A DNA stretch of 64,000 bases from an uncultured Actinomycetota bacterium (GCA_963830145.1 CAWHLI010000014.1:8400-72399), one strand, 5' to 3'; positions 34,939-44,793 are shown, counted from the stretch's first letter. The notes: generated by a model not told the origin, from the letters alone. A program made the numbers and translations.

Positions 34939-35367
34939 TTACGGGGTGTTGACGCCCATCGAGCGGGCGGTGCCCTCCACGATCTTCATCGCGGCCTCGA
35001 TGTCGTTGGCGTTGAGGTCGGGCATCTTGGTCTGGGCGATCTCGCGCACCTGGTCCTTGGTCAGCTTGCCGACCTTCTCCTTGTGCGGGACGCCCGAGCC
35101 CTTGCTCAGACCGGCGGCCTTCTTGATCAGCTCAGCGGCCGGCGGGGTCTTGGTGATGAACGTGAACGAGCGGTCCTCGTAGATGGTGATCTCGACGGGG
35201 ATGACGTTCCCGCGCATGGACTCGGTCTGGGCGTTGTAGGCCTTGCAGAAGTCCATGATGTTGACGCCGTGGGGACCGAGGGCGGTACCGACGGGCGGCG
35301 CCGGGGTCGCGGCCCCGGCCTGGAGCTGCACCTTGACCAGCGCAGCGATCTTCTTCTTGGGAGGCAT
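34939..35367 (-). CDS. rplK: 50S ribosomal protein L11
   Basis: [30 protein letters not shown]. Confidence 0.98.
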   Translation of the reverse strand: MPPKKKIAALVKVQLQAGAATPAPPVGTALGPHGVNIMDFCKAYNAQTESMRGNVIPVEITIYEDRSFTFITKTPPAAELIKKAAGLSKGSGVPHKEKVGKLTKDQVREIAQTKMPDLNANDIEAAMKIVEGTARSMGVNTP

Positions 35368-35388
35368 TGCTCTTATCTCTTCCTTCTC

Positions 35389-35420
35389 GTGGTCATAGCG
35401 GGGCGTTGCGTCCCTGCCAC
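35389..35420 (-). promoter_or_regulatory. Putative L1-binding mRNA site before rplK
   Basis: GTGG-CA-15-nt hairpin-GCTATGA-CCAC. Confidence 0.55.
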
Positions 35421-35471
35421 TTCTTCGGTTCTGCCCGGCCTACGCCGGGGTCTTGCGTTCAGGCCACGGGT

Positions 35472-36605
35472 TCAGACGCGCTGAATCTGGCTGAAGCTCA
35501 GCTCGACCGGGGTCTCCCGGCCGAAGATCTCGACCAGAGCCTTGACGCGCTGGGACTCGGGGTTGATCTCGGTGATGGTCGCGTGCAGCGTCGCGAACGG
35601 ACCGTCGACGACCATGACGGAGTCCTGGACGTCGAAGTCGGCCACCTCGACCGGCTTCTTGCTCGCGGCGGTGCTGCCGGGCGCGGCGGTGCCGGCGGCG
35701 ACCGCCTCGGCCTCGGCGCGGGCCACCACTGCGGGGGCCAGCATGTTCTCCACCTCGGTCATGCTCAGCGGCACCGGCTGGTGGCTGTGCCCGACGAAGC
35801 CGGTCACCGACGGGGTGTGGCGCACCGCGGCCCACGACTCGTCGGTGAGGTCCATCCGGACCAGGACGTAGCCGGGCAGGACGGTCCGCTTGACCATCTT
35901 GCGCTGGCCGTTCTTGATCTCGGCGACCTCTTCGGTGGGGACCACGATCTCGTGGATGTAGTCCTCCATGTTCAAGGAGATGATGCGGTTCTCGAGGTTC
36001 GACTTCACCCTGTTCTCCATGCCGGAGTAGGTGTGCACCACGAACCAGTCGCCGGGCTTGGCCCAGAGCTCGCGACGGAACTCCTCGAGCGGGTCGGACG
36101 CGGCGGGCTCGTCGCCTGCCTCGTCCTCGACCTCGTCCTCAGCACCGTCCTCGGCCTCGTCGTCGGTCGAGCCCTGGTCGGCGTCGGCCTCGAGCTCGTC
36201 GTCGACCTCGACCTCGGCCACCTCGGCGCTCACCGGCTCGTCGTCGGTGTCCTCGGCCGGCTCGTCGGCGAGCTCCGCCGCGACCTCCTCGGAGAGCTCC
36301 TCGTCACCGTCGGCCTCGGACAGGCCGCGCGAGGTCGCGCCGCCGTCGTCGGTGTCGTCGAGCCCCATCTCGAGGTCCGTGGTCTCGTCGGTGACCTCGG
36401 TGTCGAGCCGCGGGTCGTCCTCGATCTCGGGGCCGTCGTTGGCCTCGCCGTAGACGTCCTCGAGCTCGGCGTCCGGGCTCTCTCCCGGCTCGAGCCCCGA
36501 CCGGGCCGCGGTCTCGTCGGGCTGGTCCGTGGTCTCCTCGACGTCGGCAGCGCCCTCGGTGGTGTCCACCGAGAGCTCGTCCTGCTCGTCGTACTGCTCC
36601 GACAC
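35472..36605 (-). CDS. nusG: Transcription factor NusG with long acidic N-terminal extension
   Basis: [37 protein letters not shown]...[12 protein letters not shown]; start GTG 36605 (or ATG 36617). Confidence 0.95.
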   Translation of the reverse strand: MSEQYDEQDELSVDTTEGAADVEETTDQPDETAARSGLEPGESPDAELEDVYGEANDGPEIEDDPRLDTEVTDETTDLEMGLDDTDDGGATSRGLSEADGDEELSEEVAAELADEPAEDTDDEPVSAEVAEVEVDDELEADADQGSTDDEAEDGAEDEVEDEAGDEPAASDPLEEFRRELWAKPGDWFVVHTYSGMENRVKSNLENRIISLNMEDYIHEIVVPTEEVAEIKNGQRKMVKRTVLPGYVLVRMDLTDESWAAVRHTPSVTGFVGHSHQPVPLSMTEVENMLAPAVVARAEAEAVAAGTAAPGSTAASKKPVEVADFDVQDSVMVVDGPFATLHATITEINPESQRVKALVEIFGRETPVELSFSQIQRV

Positions 36606-36685
36606 GTGTCGCTCCATCACTTGTGCTGCTGGGGGGCCGTCCGGCCCGCTGACTGCTCTGGCTTGGCTGGGTCGTGCGCGGCTGG

Positions 36686-36937
36686 CTACCCGGAGCTCTT
36701 GCCGTCGAAGATCTCGAACGCCAGCTTGCCGAGCCCCAGGTCGAGCAGCGAGACGATCGCCATCATGATCAGCACGAAGACCATCACGACGATGAAGTAG
36801 GTGACCAGCTGGTCGCGGGTCGGCCAGACGACCTTGCGCAGCTCGGCCACGACCTGCCGGTAGAAGACCGTCGGGCTGGTGCGCTTCTCGGACCCCGAAC
36901 GCTCGCGCGGTCCGCGAACCGCCTTGCTGTCCGTCAC
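36686..36937 (-). CDS. secE: Preprotein translocase SecE
   Basis: [16 protein letters not shown] plus a single TM. Confidence 0.95.
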   Translation of the reverse strand: MTDSKAVRGPRERSGSEKRTSPTVFYRQVVAELRKVVWPTRDQLVTYFIVVMVFVLIMMAIVSLLDLGLGKLAFEIFDGKSSG

Positions 36938-36956
36938 GCTGTTCGCCTCGATCCTT

Positions 36957-37003
36957 CGTGTGTGTTGCGTGGTGTGTTGCGGGGTGTGGTGCGGGGTGTG
37001 CTG
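36957..37003. repeat. Degenerate 12-nt tandem repeat, about 4 copies
   Basis: CG(T/G)GGTGTG(T/G/C)TG units between tRNA-Trp and secE. Confidence 0.6.
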
Positions 37004-37027
37004 CTGACTCGCTGGGTGCGGTTCTTG

Positions 37028-37100
37028 CAGGGCACGAGGGACTTGAACCCCCAACCTTCGGTTTTGGAGACCGATGCTCTGCCAGTTGAGCTAGTGCCCT
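37028..37100 (-). tRNA. tRNA-Trp (CCA)
   Basis: AGGGCACTAGCTCAACTGGCAGAGCATCGGTCTCCAAAACCGAAGGTTGGGGGTTCAAGTCCCTCGTGCCCTG cloverleaf; CCA end not encoded. Confidence 0.97.
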
Positions 37101-37222
37101 CCGGGTCGTTCCTCCACAACCCCACGGGGGCATGGCAAAGCCTGTGGGAAACCACCAAACGGTGAGTCTACGGTCTCCCCCCGCGGAGATTCCAACTGGC
37201 GCTGGTCTGCGACCATGGCGCT

Positions 37223-38548
37223 GTGACCTCCGATGGGACCTCCGCTGGGACCTCGCAGCCTCGATCGACTGGACAACGGACGCCGCTGGCCCGACGTTCC
37301 CCCGACGGGCTCGCCGAGTTCCTGCGCGGCGAGCAGGCGGCCTACGACGACCTGGTCGGCCGCGGCCTCAAGCTTGATCTCACCCGTGGCAAGCCCGCAG
37401 CGGCCCAGCTGGACCTCTCCGACGGCCTGCTGAGCCTGCCCGACGGCGTGCTCGACCAGGCCGGCGTCGACACCCGCAACTACGGCGGCCTCGAGGGCAT
37501 CGCCGAGCTCCGCGCGATGTTCGCGGACCTGCTGTGGATCGAGCCCGAGCAGATCGTGGCGGGCGGCAACTCCAGCCTCGTGCTGATGCGCGAGGTCCTC
37601 ACCGACCTGTGGCTCAAGGGCGCGGTGGACGGCGAGCGCCCCTGGGGCGAGGAGGAGAAGGTCCGCTTCATCTGCCCGGTGCCGGGCTACGACCGCCACT
37701 TCACCCTCCTCGACTGGTTCGGCATCGAGATGGTGACCGTGCCGATGAACGACGACGGGCCGGACCCTGACGCGGTCGCCGAGCTGGCGGGCAAGGACCC
37801 GAGCATCAAGGGGATCTGGGTGGTGCCGACCTACGCCAACCCGAGCGGCTCGATCGTGAGCCAGGAGGTCGCCGAGCGGCTGGCCTCGATGACGACCGCC
37901 GCGCCGGACTTCAAGATCCTGTGGGACAACGCCTACGCGTTCCACCACCTCACCGAGGCCGAGGCCAAGAGCGCCGACATCCTCTCGCTGGCGTCGGCCG
38001 CCGGGCACCCGCACCGCCCGGTCATGTTCGCGTCGACCTCGAAGATCACCTTCGCCGGCGCCGGGGTGTCGTTCCTGGGCGGCTCGGTCGAGACCGTGAG
38101 GTGGTACGTCGGGCACCTCGGCAAGGGCGCGATCGGCCCCGACAAGCTCAACCAGCTGCGGCACTCGCAGTTCTTCGGGTCGCCGCAGGGGGTGCGCGAC
38201 CACATGCAGAAGCACCGGCAGATCATCGCGCCGAAGTTCGCGTCCGTCCTCGACGTGCTCGACGAGCAGCTCGGCGGTCTCGGGATCGCCAGCTGGACCG
38301 AGCCCACCGGCGGCTACTTCATCAGCCTCGACGTCATGGACGGCACCGCCGCCCGGGTGATCGAGCTGGCCAAGGCTGCGGGGGTCGCGCTGACGCAGGC
38401 CGGCTCGTCGTTCCCCTACGGCCGCGACCCGCACGACCGCAACATCCGGCTGGCGCCGACCTTCCCCGAGCCCGCAGAGGTGGAGGCGGCCACCCGCGCG
38501 GTGGCGACCTGCGCCCGGCTCGCGGCAGCGGAGCAGCTGGTTGGCTGA
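37223..38548 (+). CDS. PLP-dependent aminotransferase class I/II (Rv3722c-like)
   Basis: [46 protein letters not shown]; exact start uncertain. Confidence 0.85.
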   Translation: MTSDGTSAGTSQPRSTGQRTPLARRSPDGLAEFLRGEQAAYDDLVGRGLKLDLTRGKPAAAQLDLSDGLLSLPDGVLDQAGVDTRNYGGLEGIAELRAMFADLLWIEPEQIVAGGNSSLVLMREVLTDLWLKGAVDGERPWGEEEKVRFICPVPGYDRHFTLLDWFGIEMVTVPMNDDGPDPDAVAELAGKDPSIKGIWVVPTYANPSGSIVSQEVAERLASMTTAAPDFKILWDNAYAFHHLTEAEAKSADILSLASAAGHPHRPVMFASTSKITFAGAGVSFLGGSVETVRWYVGHLGKGAIGPDKLNQLRHSQFFGSPQGVRDHMQKHRQIIAPKFASVLDVLDEQLGGLGIASWTEPTGGYFISLDVMDGTAARVIELAKAAGVALTQAGSSFPYGRDPHDRNIRLAPTFPEPAEVEAATRAVATCARLAAAEQLVG

Positions 38549-39578
38549 GCAGGGCGGACGCCCCCTCCGCGAGCTCCCCAAGGCACACCTGCACCTGCAC
38601 TTCACGGGCTCGATGCGGCACGCCACCCTGCTCGAGCTCGCCGAGCGCGACGGCATCCGGCTGCCCGACCAGCTCGTCTCCCAGTGGCCACCCCAGCTCT
38701 CGGCGGCGGACGAGAAGGGCTGGTTCCGCTTCCAGCGCCTCTACGACGTGGCGCGCTCGGTGCTGCGCACCGAGGGCGACGTGCGCCGCCTGGTGCTGGA
38801 GGCCGCCGAGGACGACGTCGACGACGGCGGCGGGTGGCTCGAGATCCAGGTCGACCCGAGCGGGTACGCCGCCCGGTTCGGGGGGATCACGGCGTTCACC
38901 GACCTGGTCCTCGACGCGGTGCGCTCCGCGTCGGAGCAGACCGGGTTGGCGATGGCGGTCGTCATCGCCGCCAACCGCACCCGGCACCCGCTCGACGCCC
39001 GCACCCTGGCCCGGCTGGCCGGCCAGTACGCCGGCCGGGGCGTGGTCGGCTTCGGCCTCTCCAACGACGAGCGGCGCGGGAGCACCGGTGACTTCGCGGG
39101 CGCGTTCCGGATCGCCGAGCAGGCGGGGCTGAGGCTGGTCCCCCACGGCGGCGAGCTGCGCGGCCCCGAGCACATCGCGACCTGCCTCGACTCCCTGCAT
39201 GCCCAGCGGCTCGGCCACGGCGTGCGCGCCGCCGAGGACCCCTTCCTGCTCGAGCGGATCGTGGCGTCCGGCGTGGCCCTGGAGGTCTGCCCTGTCAGCA
39301 ACGTCGCGCTCGGGGTCTACTCCGACCTGTCCTCCGTGCCGCTTCCGACGCTCCTCGAGGCCGGCGCGACGATCGCCCTCGGCGCGGACGACCCCCTGCT
39401 GTTCGGCTCCCGGCTGCTCGGCCAGTACGCCGCCATGCGGGCGGCCCACCATCTCTCCGACGAGCAGCTCGCCGAGCTGGCCCGGATGTCGGTGCGTGCC
39501 TCCTCGGCGCCGGACGACGTGCGGAAGCGGCTCCTGACCGGGATCGAGGAGTGGCTCCTGCCATCAACTGCTGCGTGA
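38541..39578 (+). CDS. add: Adenosine deaminase
   Basis: AHLHLHFTGS, PHGGE, RLGHGV, EVCPVSN, GADDPLLF. Confidence 0.88.
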   Translation: MAEQGGRPLRELPKAHLHLHFTGSMRHATLLELAERDGIRLPDQLVSQWPPQLSAADEKGWFRFQRLYDVARSVLRTEGDVRRLVLEAAEDDVDDGGGWLEIQVDPSGYAARFGGITAFTDLVLDAVRSASEQTGLAMAVVIAANRTRHPLDARTLARLAGQYAGRGVVGFGLSNDERRGSTGDFAGAFRIAEQAGLRLVPHGGELRGPEHIATCLDSLHAQRLGHGVRAAEDPFLLERIVASGVALEVCPVSNVALGVYSDLSSVPLPTLLEAGATIALGADDPLLFGSRLLGQYAAMRAAHHLSDEQLAELARMSVRASSAPDDVRKRLLTGIEEWLLPSTAA

Positions 39579-39649
39579 GCGACACGTGAGCGACCCCGAG
39601 GAGACCGCGCCGTTCACGCACCAGTGTCGAAGCCTGACACCATGCGCCC

Positions 39650-40069
39650 ATGACCACGGGTCCCGAGAACCCCTACGGCGAGCAGCAGCCGCCTCCGCCG
39701 ACCTACCCCCAGCAGCCGACCTACCAGCAGCAGCCCGGCCACCCGCCGTACGGCGCGCCCGCGGGCTACGCCTTCTCCCCGCCCAACGAGGGGCTCGCCG
39801 TGGCCTCGATGGTGATCGGCATCGTGGCGTTCGTGCTGTCGTGCGGCTACGGGGTCGGGCTGCTCGGATCGCCGGTGGCGCTGGTGATGGGCCGGGTCTC
39901 CATGAAGCGGATCGACCAGTCCGGCGGGCAGCTCGGCGGCCGCGGGATGGCCCAGGCCGGCTTCATCCTGGGAATCATCGGCACCGTCCTGCTCGTGCTC
40001 GTGGTCGTCGTGCTCGCGGTGATCGTCGTCATCGGGCTCAACGGCGGCTTCGACGACAGCGACTTCTGA
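39650..40069 (+). CDS. DUF4190-like membrane protein
   Basis: Pro/Gln/Tyr-rich N-terminus; LAVASMVIGI...GRGMAQAGFILG two-TM pattern. Confidence 0.75.
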   Translation: MTTGPENPYGEQQPPPPTYPQQPTYQQQPGHPPYGAPAGYAFSPPNEGLAVASMVIGIVAFVLSCGYGVGLLGSPVALVMGRVSMKRIDQSGGQLGGRGMAQAGFILGIIGTVLLVLVVVVLAVIVVIGLNGGFDDSDF

Positions 40070-40081
40070 CGCAGCCTCGGA

Positions 40082-41101
40082 TCAGAGCTCGCAGCCGACC
40101 AGCACCGGCTCGTTGACCAGCCGGATGCCGTGGGTGGCCTCCACGCCGTCGCGGACCTCGCGCGCCAGCGCGAGCAGCTGCTCGGTGGTGGCTCCACCGC
40201 GGTTGGTGAGCGCGAGGGTGTGCTTGGTGGAGAGGCCGACCGGTCCGGCGCCGTACCCCTTGTGGAAGCCGGCCCGCTCGATCAGCCAGGCGGCGCTCGT
40301 CTTGACCCGGCCGTCGGGCTGGGGCCAGGCCGGGGCGTCGGTCGGCAGGGCGGCCGGGTCGACGACCGGGTTGGTGAAGAAGGAGCCCGCGCTCCAGGTG
40401 TCGTGGTCGGCCGGGTCGAGCACCATGCCCTTGCTCCGGCGCAGCCCCAGCACCGCCTCGCGCACGTCGCCGAGCGGTGCGCGCTCACCGGGCTCGACGC
40501 CGAGGGCTCGGGCCAGCTCGGCGTACTCCACCGGCGCGCCGAGGCTGCCCTGGCGCAGCTGGAAGGTGACGTCGAGAACGACGTGCCGGTCGGGGTCGGC
40601 CTTGAACCGCGAGGTGCGGTAGCCGAACCGGCACTCGGCGCTGGTGAAGGTGCGCTGACCCTTGAGCACCCGGTCCCAGACCCGCACCTGGGCGATGGTC
40701 TGGGAGACCTCCTGGCCGTAGGCGCCGACGTTCTGGATCGGGGTCGCACCGACCAGGCCGGGGATGCCGGCGAGGGCCTCGACACCGACCCACCCCCGCT
40801 CGACGGCCCGCGCCACGAGGTCGTCCCAGCCCTCCCCCGCCGCCACCGTGACCAGGGCGCCCCCACACGTCGGGTCCTCGCCCTCCACGTCGGCTCGGAC
40901 GCCGGACGTCGCGACCTCGACCACGGTGCCGTCGAAACCGTCGTCGGCGACCACGAGGTTGCTGCCCCCGCCGAGGACCAGGATCGGTCCTTCGACGGCT
41001 CCCAGCGCCTCGACCAGCTCCTGCTCCGTGGTCGCCCGGACCCAGGCCGTGGCGGAGCCACCGAGCCGCAGGGTCGTGTGGTCGGCGAGGAGCTCAGCCA
41101 T
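40082..41101 (-). CDS. murB: UDP-N-acetylenolpyruvoylglucosamine reductase
   Basis: LGGGSNLVV, GATPIQNVGAYG, FGYRTSRFK, SAGSFFTNP, KHTLALTN, LVNEP. Confidence 0.95.
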   Translation of the reverse strand: MAELLADHTTLRLGGSATAWVRATTEQELVEALGAVEGPILVLGGGSNLVVADDGFDGTVVEVATSGVRADVEGEDPTCGGALVTVAAGEGWDDLVARAVERGWVGVEALAGIPGLVGATPIQNVGAYGQEVSQTIAQVRVWDRVLKGQRTFTSAECRFGYRTSRFKADPDRHVVLDVTFQLRQGSLGAPVEYAELARALGVEPGERAPLGDVREAVLGLRRSKGMVLDPADHDTWSAGSFFTNPVVDPAALPTDAPAWPQPDGRVKTSAAWLIERAGFHKGYGAGPVGLSTKHTLALTNRGGATTEQLLALAREVRDGVEATHGIRLVNEPVLVGCEL

Positions 41102-41495
41102 CGGAGGTGGCGCGCACGACGGCCTTGGGCATGCCGAGCACCTTCTGGCCCCCCGAGGTGACCGTCAGCGCGATCGTGGTCTGGCCGTCCACCGGCTCCT
41201 TCGCTTCACCCACGACCTCGATGTCGACCCCGCCCTCGGCCGGGACCACGACCGGAGAGGTGAACTTGCAGCCGAGCGAGACCACGTCGGCGCCGGGGAA
41301 CCACTCCGCCACGGCGCGCGCCGCGAGCGCCATGGTGTACATGCCGTGGGCGATCACGCCGGGCAGCCCGACGCTGCGGGCCACCTCCTCGTCCTGGTGG
41401 ATCGGGTTGTGGTCGCCGCTCGCCTCGGCGTAGGCGACCAGGTCGGCACGGGTGACCGTGAAGGTCTTCGTCTCCAACACCCTGGCGTCGCTCAT
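41094..41495 (-). CDS. MaoC-family dehydratase (HadB-like)
   Basis: YAEASGDHNPIH and IAHGM hydratase motifs. Confidence 0.88.
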   Translation of the reverse strand: MSDARVLETKTFTVTRADLVAYAEASGDHNPIHQDEEVARSVGLPGVIAHGMYTMALAARAVAEWFPGADVVSLGCKFTSPVVVPAEGGVDIEVVGEAKEPVDGQTTIALTVTSGGQKVLGMPKAVVRATSDG

Positions 41496-41893
41496 GAGCC
41501 GGCCCCGCGGTGCACGAGGGTGGCGCTCGTGGAGCAGACCAGGCCGCCGTCGGCGTCGGTGACCTCGCTGGTCGTGCCGAGGATGTCGTTGCCGGCGATC
41601 TGGCGGAGCGTCGCGACGGTGAGGGTCGCGGTGAGCACGTCACCGGGCACGACCGGCCGCTCGTAGGCGAACCGCTGCTCGCCGTGGACGATGCGGAACA
41701 GGTCGACCTGCTCGGCCTCGAGGAAGGCGTTCATCGCCTCGAAGGCCAGCACGATGGGGTACGTCGCCGGTGCCGGTCCCCCGTCGTACGCCGACCCGGT
41801 GGCCTCCGCGAAGGCCCGCACGGATGCGTCGGTCACGGTGTACGGCGCGGTCGGGGGAAAGCGGCGGCCGACGAGCGACTGGTCGATCGGCAT
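41492..41893 (-). CDS. MaoC/FAS1-like dehydratase partner (HadA-like)
   Basis: VRAFAEA, APATYP, IVHGEQRFAYERPVVPGD. Confidence 0.85.
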   Translation of the reverse strand: MPIDQSLVGRRFPPTAPYTVTDASVRAFAEATGSAYDGGPAPATYPIVLAFEAMNAFLEAEQVDLFRIVHGEQRFAYERPVVPGDVLTATLTVATLRQIAGNDILGTTSEVTDADGGLVCSTSATLVHRGAGS

Positions 41894-41902
41894 GGCCCCA
41901 AC

Positions 41903-43126
41903 CTAGTGGTGCTTCGGTTTGTGGTGCTTGGGCGGCTTGTGGTGCTTGGGCTTGTGGGGCTTCGGCTTGTGGTGCTTGGGCTTGGGCGGCTTGTGGGGGC
42001 GCGGCTTGGCCTGGGCGTTCCCCGGTGGGCTGGTGACCGCTGCCGGAACGGCATCCTCGTGGGCTGCGACGGCCGGCGCCTCGGTCGGGGGGTCGGCCGC
42101 CCCCGAGGTGGGCTGCGCGGTCCTGAGTGCCTGGGGCTCGGCCGGAGCGTCTCCGTCGGGAAGGCCGAGGGACAGTGCGAGCGCGAGGGCGGCGGCGATG
42201 CCCACCAGTGCCGCGGCGCGCACTCCCCGGTGGCTCCACCACTCAGGTGGCGGAGTGGCGACCGGCGAGGCTTCGGTCGCGATGTCGGCCTGGGCGGCCC
42301 GGGCGCCCGCCAGGGTGCGACTCGCGAGGGCGAGCTCGCCCGCGACCTCGGCCGCAGCCGGCCGGGCAGCGGGCTCGCGCGACGTCATGGCGGCGAGCAG
42401 CCTCCCGAGCGGAGGGTGCAGACCCGGGGGCACCTCCGGGTCGTGCGTGAGCCGGGCCAGGGCCGCCTCGGTCGGGGTGCCGGAGAAGGCGCGCGCTCCC
42501 GTGATCAGCTCCAGGAGGACCAGGCCCAGGGCATAGATGTCGGTGGCGGTGCCGACCTCGCCACCGCAAGCCTGCTCGGGCGCCAGGTAGGTGGCCGTCC
42601 CGATGGTGGTGCCGGTCGTGGTGACCCTGATCGTGTCCCCGACCAGACGGGCGATGCCGAAGTCGGCCAGCCGGGCTCGTCCCTCCCCGTCGAGGAGGAG
42701 GTTGCCGGGCTTGATGTCTCGATGGACGACCCCGGCCTGGTGCACCCGCACCAGCGCCGAGGCGACCTGTGCGCCGATCTCGGCCACCCGGTCCAGACGC
42801 TGGCTGCCTCGGTCCACCAGGTCGGCGACCGTGCCACCGGGGAGCAGCTCCATGACCAGGTAGGGGTGGTCGCCGCTGATCCCGGCGTCCAGCACCGTGA
42901 CCAGCCCGGGGTCGGACATCCCGGCCAGGATGCGGGCCTCGGAGACGAAACGGGTACGCCCGATGTCGGAGTCGGGCGTCTCTCGCAGGATCTTCACCGC
43001 GACCTGGCGGTCAAGGACCGTGTCGTGGGCCGCGTAGACGTCCGCCATGCCGCCGCGACCGAGCCGGGACTCGATCCGGTAGCGACCCGCCACCAGCAGG
43101 TCCGACGGCCGGAGCTCGTGTCCCAT
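41903..43126 (-). CDS. Membrane Ser/Thr protein kinase with His/Lys/Pro-rich tail
   Basis: GRGGMADVY, VAVK, HRDIKPGN, DFGIA, GTATYLAPE; one TM; C-terminal KPKHH repeats. Confidence 0.92.
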   Translation of the reverse strand: MGHELRPSDLLVAGRYRIESRLGRGGMADVYAAHDTVLDRQVAVKILRETPDSDIGRTRFVSEARILAGMSDPGLVTVLDAGISGDHPYLVMELLPGGTVADLVDRGSQRLDRVAEIGAQVASALVRVHQAGVVHRDIKPGNLLLDGEGRARLADFGIARLVGDTIRVTTTGTTIGTATYLAPEQACGGEVGTATDIYALGLVLLELITGARAFSGTPTEAALARLTHDPEVPPGLHPPLGRLLAAMTSREPAARPAAAEVAGELALASRTLAGARAAQADIATEASPVATPPPEWWSHRGVRAAALVGIAAALALALSLGLPDGDAPAEPQALRTAQPTSGAADPPTEAPAVAAHEDAVPAAVTSPPGNAQAKPRPHKPPKPKHHKPKPHKPKHHKPPKHHKPKHH

Positions 43127-43262
43127 CCGTGGGTTCTCCGTCCGCGCGTAGATGACTCAGCGGTGGTGAAGTACCCCTCCGGCGCGGCAGCCAAGCCTCC
43201 GGAAGTGGCCTCGTAGCCTCGATCGGGTGGGGACAGCCAGCCGACGAGCACGCGGGAGAGAG

Positions 43263-44240
43263 GTGCGGCGCCTGGGAGCCTTCCTGGCGCTGGCCCTCGT
43301 GACCGCCTGCTCGGGGTCACCCACGCGGCCCGCGGCCTCCCCTGCCGACGAGCTGGAGGGCTGCGGCCCGGTGTCCTACGCCGACGTGCGGGGCCGCGCG
43401 CCGACGTACGGACCCGACGAGCTGGCACGGTTCGCCAACGACCACGCGCTCTGCGCGGGCGTCTGGCTGCCAGGAGCGGACCGTTGGCTGGTGCCCCAGG
43501 GGATGGCAGTGGCCGACGGGACGTCGTACGTCGCGGGCTTCGACGGCACGAGGACCGGCAGCCACCGGCTCTGCACGGTCGAGTCGGTCGACCTGAGCAC
43601 CGGGCGACTGGTGGCCCGGCGCCACCCGGTGCGCGGCCAGATCGGGCCGCGTGACCCGACCGAGTGCCGCCACGGTGGTGGCGTGCTGGTCGACGAGCAC
43701 GGGCTGTGGCTGGCCGAGACCCAGCGGCTGTGGCTGCTCGATCCGGTCACCCTCGAGGTGCAGCGGGGCTGGGCGGTGGAGGAGCCGGTGCGCGGCTCGT
43801 TCGCCGTCTGGGGACGGCACGGCGAGCTCGGTCTCGGGCGGTTCCGGGCCGACCGCCCGGCCCGGCTGTGGTGGTTCGGCGTCGACTCCCTGCTCGGCTC
43901 GCCGGCCTACGAGATCGGCGCAGGCGACGCGTTGCGTGCGGTGCCGGTGCCGGCCGGCACCCAGGGCGCCGTCTGGGGCGAGCTCGGAGGAGTCGGGCCG
44001 GGGCTGTGGTTCGCCACCTCGACAGCCTCGTGCGGCGTGCTGGTCGGCCCGGACGGGCGCAGCCGGGGGTTCGTGCCGGGCGCCGAGAGCATGAGCCTGG
44101 TCGGGCCCGACGAGCTGTGGGTGGTCAGCGAGGCAGGGTCGCGGCTCTACCAGCGCAAGGGCCGGCCGATGACACCGGCGCTGTCGAGGTTCGACACCTC
44201 GGACCTGGCCTCTTGGCGCGAGCCGGACTGCTCGGTCTAG
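43263..44240 (+). CDS. Putative lipoprotein, probable beta-propeller
   Basis: MRRLGAFLALALVTAC lipobox; VPQGMAV, HGGGVLV, GTQGAVW, GAESMSL repeats. Confidence 0.6.
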   Translation: MRRLGAFLALALVTACSGSPTRPAASPADELEGCGPVSYADVRGRAPTYGPDELARFANDHALCAGVWLPGADRWLVPQGMAVADGTSYVAGFDGTRTGSHRLCTVESVDLSTGRLVARRHPVRGQIGPRDPTECRHGGGVLVDEHGLWLAETQRLWLLDPVTLEVQRGWAVEEPVRGSFAVWGRHGELGLGRFRADRPARLWWFGVDSLLGSPAYEIGAGDALRAVPVPAGTQGAVWGELGGVGPGLWFATSTASCGVLVGPDGRSRGFVPGAESMSLVGPDELWVVSEAGSRLYQRKGRPMTPALSRFDTSDLASWREPDCSV

Positions 44241-44250
44241 TGGGCCAGAA

Positions 44251-44298
44251 CCGTCGAACCCGACAGAGCCTAGGTCGGAGTCTCTGCCGGGTCGACGG
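44251..44298. terminator. Hairpin between convergent lipoprotein gene and rpmG
   Basis: CCGTCGAACCCGACAGAG ... CTCTGCCGGGTCGACGG imperfect stem. Confidence 0.5.
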
Positions 44299-44310
44299 GA
44301 ACAGCCGGGG

Positions 44311-44481
44311 TCAGCGGGTCTCGCGGTGCAGCGTGTGCTTGCGCTCGCGAGGGCAGTACTTGTTCATCTCGAGCCGGTCGGGGTCGTTGCGCCGGTTCTT
44401 CTTGGTGACGTAGTTGCGCTCCTTGCACTCGGTGCAGGCGAGCGTGATCTTGGGGCGAACGTCGGAGCTCTTGCTGGCCAC
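44311..44481 (-). CDS. rpmG: 50S ribosomal protein L33
   Basis: Own translation [56 protein letters not shown]; absent from the ORF track. Confidence 0.97.
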   Translation of the reverse strand: MASKSSDVRPKITLACTECKERNYVTKKNRRNDPDRLEMNKYCPRERKHTLHRETR

Positions 44482-44519
44482 GGGAAGTCCTCTAGTAGTT
44501 GTGCGTTGCTGCTGCGCAG

Positions 44520-44593
44520 TAGCGGGGGCGGGATTCGAACCCGCGACACCACGATTATGAGCCGTGTGCTCTAACCACCTGAGCTACCCCGCC
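44520..44593 (-). tRNA. tRNA-Met (CAT), elongator type
   Basis: GGCGGGGTAGCTCAGGTGGTTAGAGCACACGGCTCATAATCGTGGTGTCGCGGGTTCGAATCCCGCCCCCGCTA; paired first base pair, G2-C71 and C3-G70. Confidence 0.9.
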
Positions 44594-44645
44594 ACGGGGG
44601 ACACGGCCTCACTGTCGAGGGTGCTGACAGGTCTGACTGTGCCAG

Positions 44646-44718
44646 AGCCCCTCTACGGAATCGAACCGTAGACCTTCTCCTTACCATGGAGACGCTCTGC
44701 CGACTGAGCTAGAGGGGC
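44646..44718 (-). tRNA. tRNA-Thr (GGT)
   Basis: GCCCCTCTAGCTCAGTCGGCAGAGCGTCTCCATGGTAAGGAGAAGGTCTACGGTTCGATTCCGTAGAGGGGCT. Confidence 0.96.
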
Positions 44719-44793
44719 CGGTGGTGGGTGACACCGACGGAGAACTTTACACAGGCTCAGCGGTCTGGCCGAATCGCCTGCGACGGTGGACCG

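Noticed and set aside
37223-37260. GGGACCTCCG short repeat as a regulatory array
   Set aside because: It lies within or at the probable N-terminus of the aminotransferase ([11 protein letters not shown]) and is too short to support a function.
44520-44593. tRNA-CAT as initiator Met or Ile2
   Set aside because: First base pair is matched, the three G-C anticodon-stem pairs of initiator tRNA are absent, and G2-C71/C3-G70 plus position next to tRNA-Thr and rpmG fit elongator Met; Ile2 not fully excluded without a model search.
37028-44718. Prophage or island integrated at the tRNA genes
   Set aside because: No integrase, no duplicated tRNA 3-prime end and no evident compositional shift.
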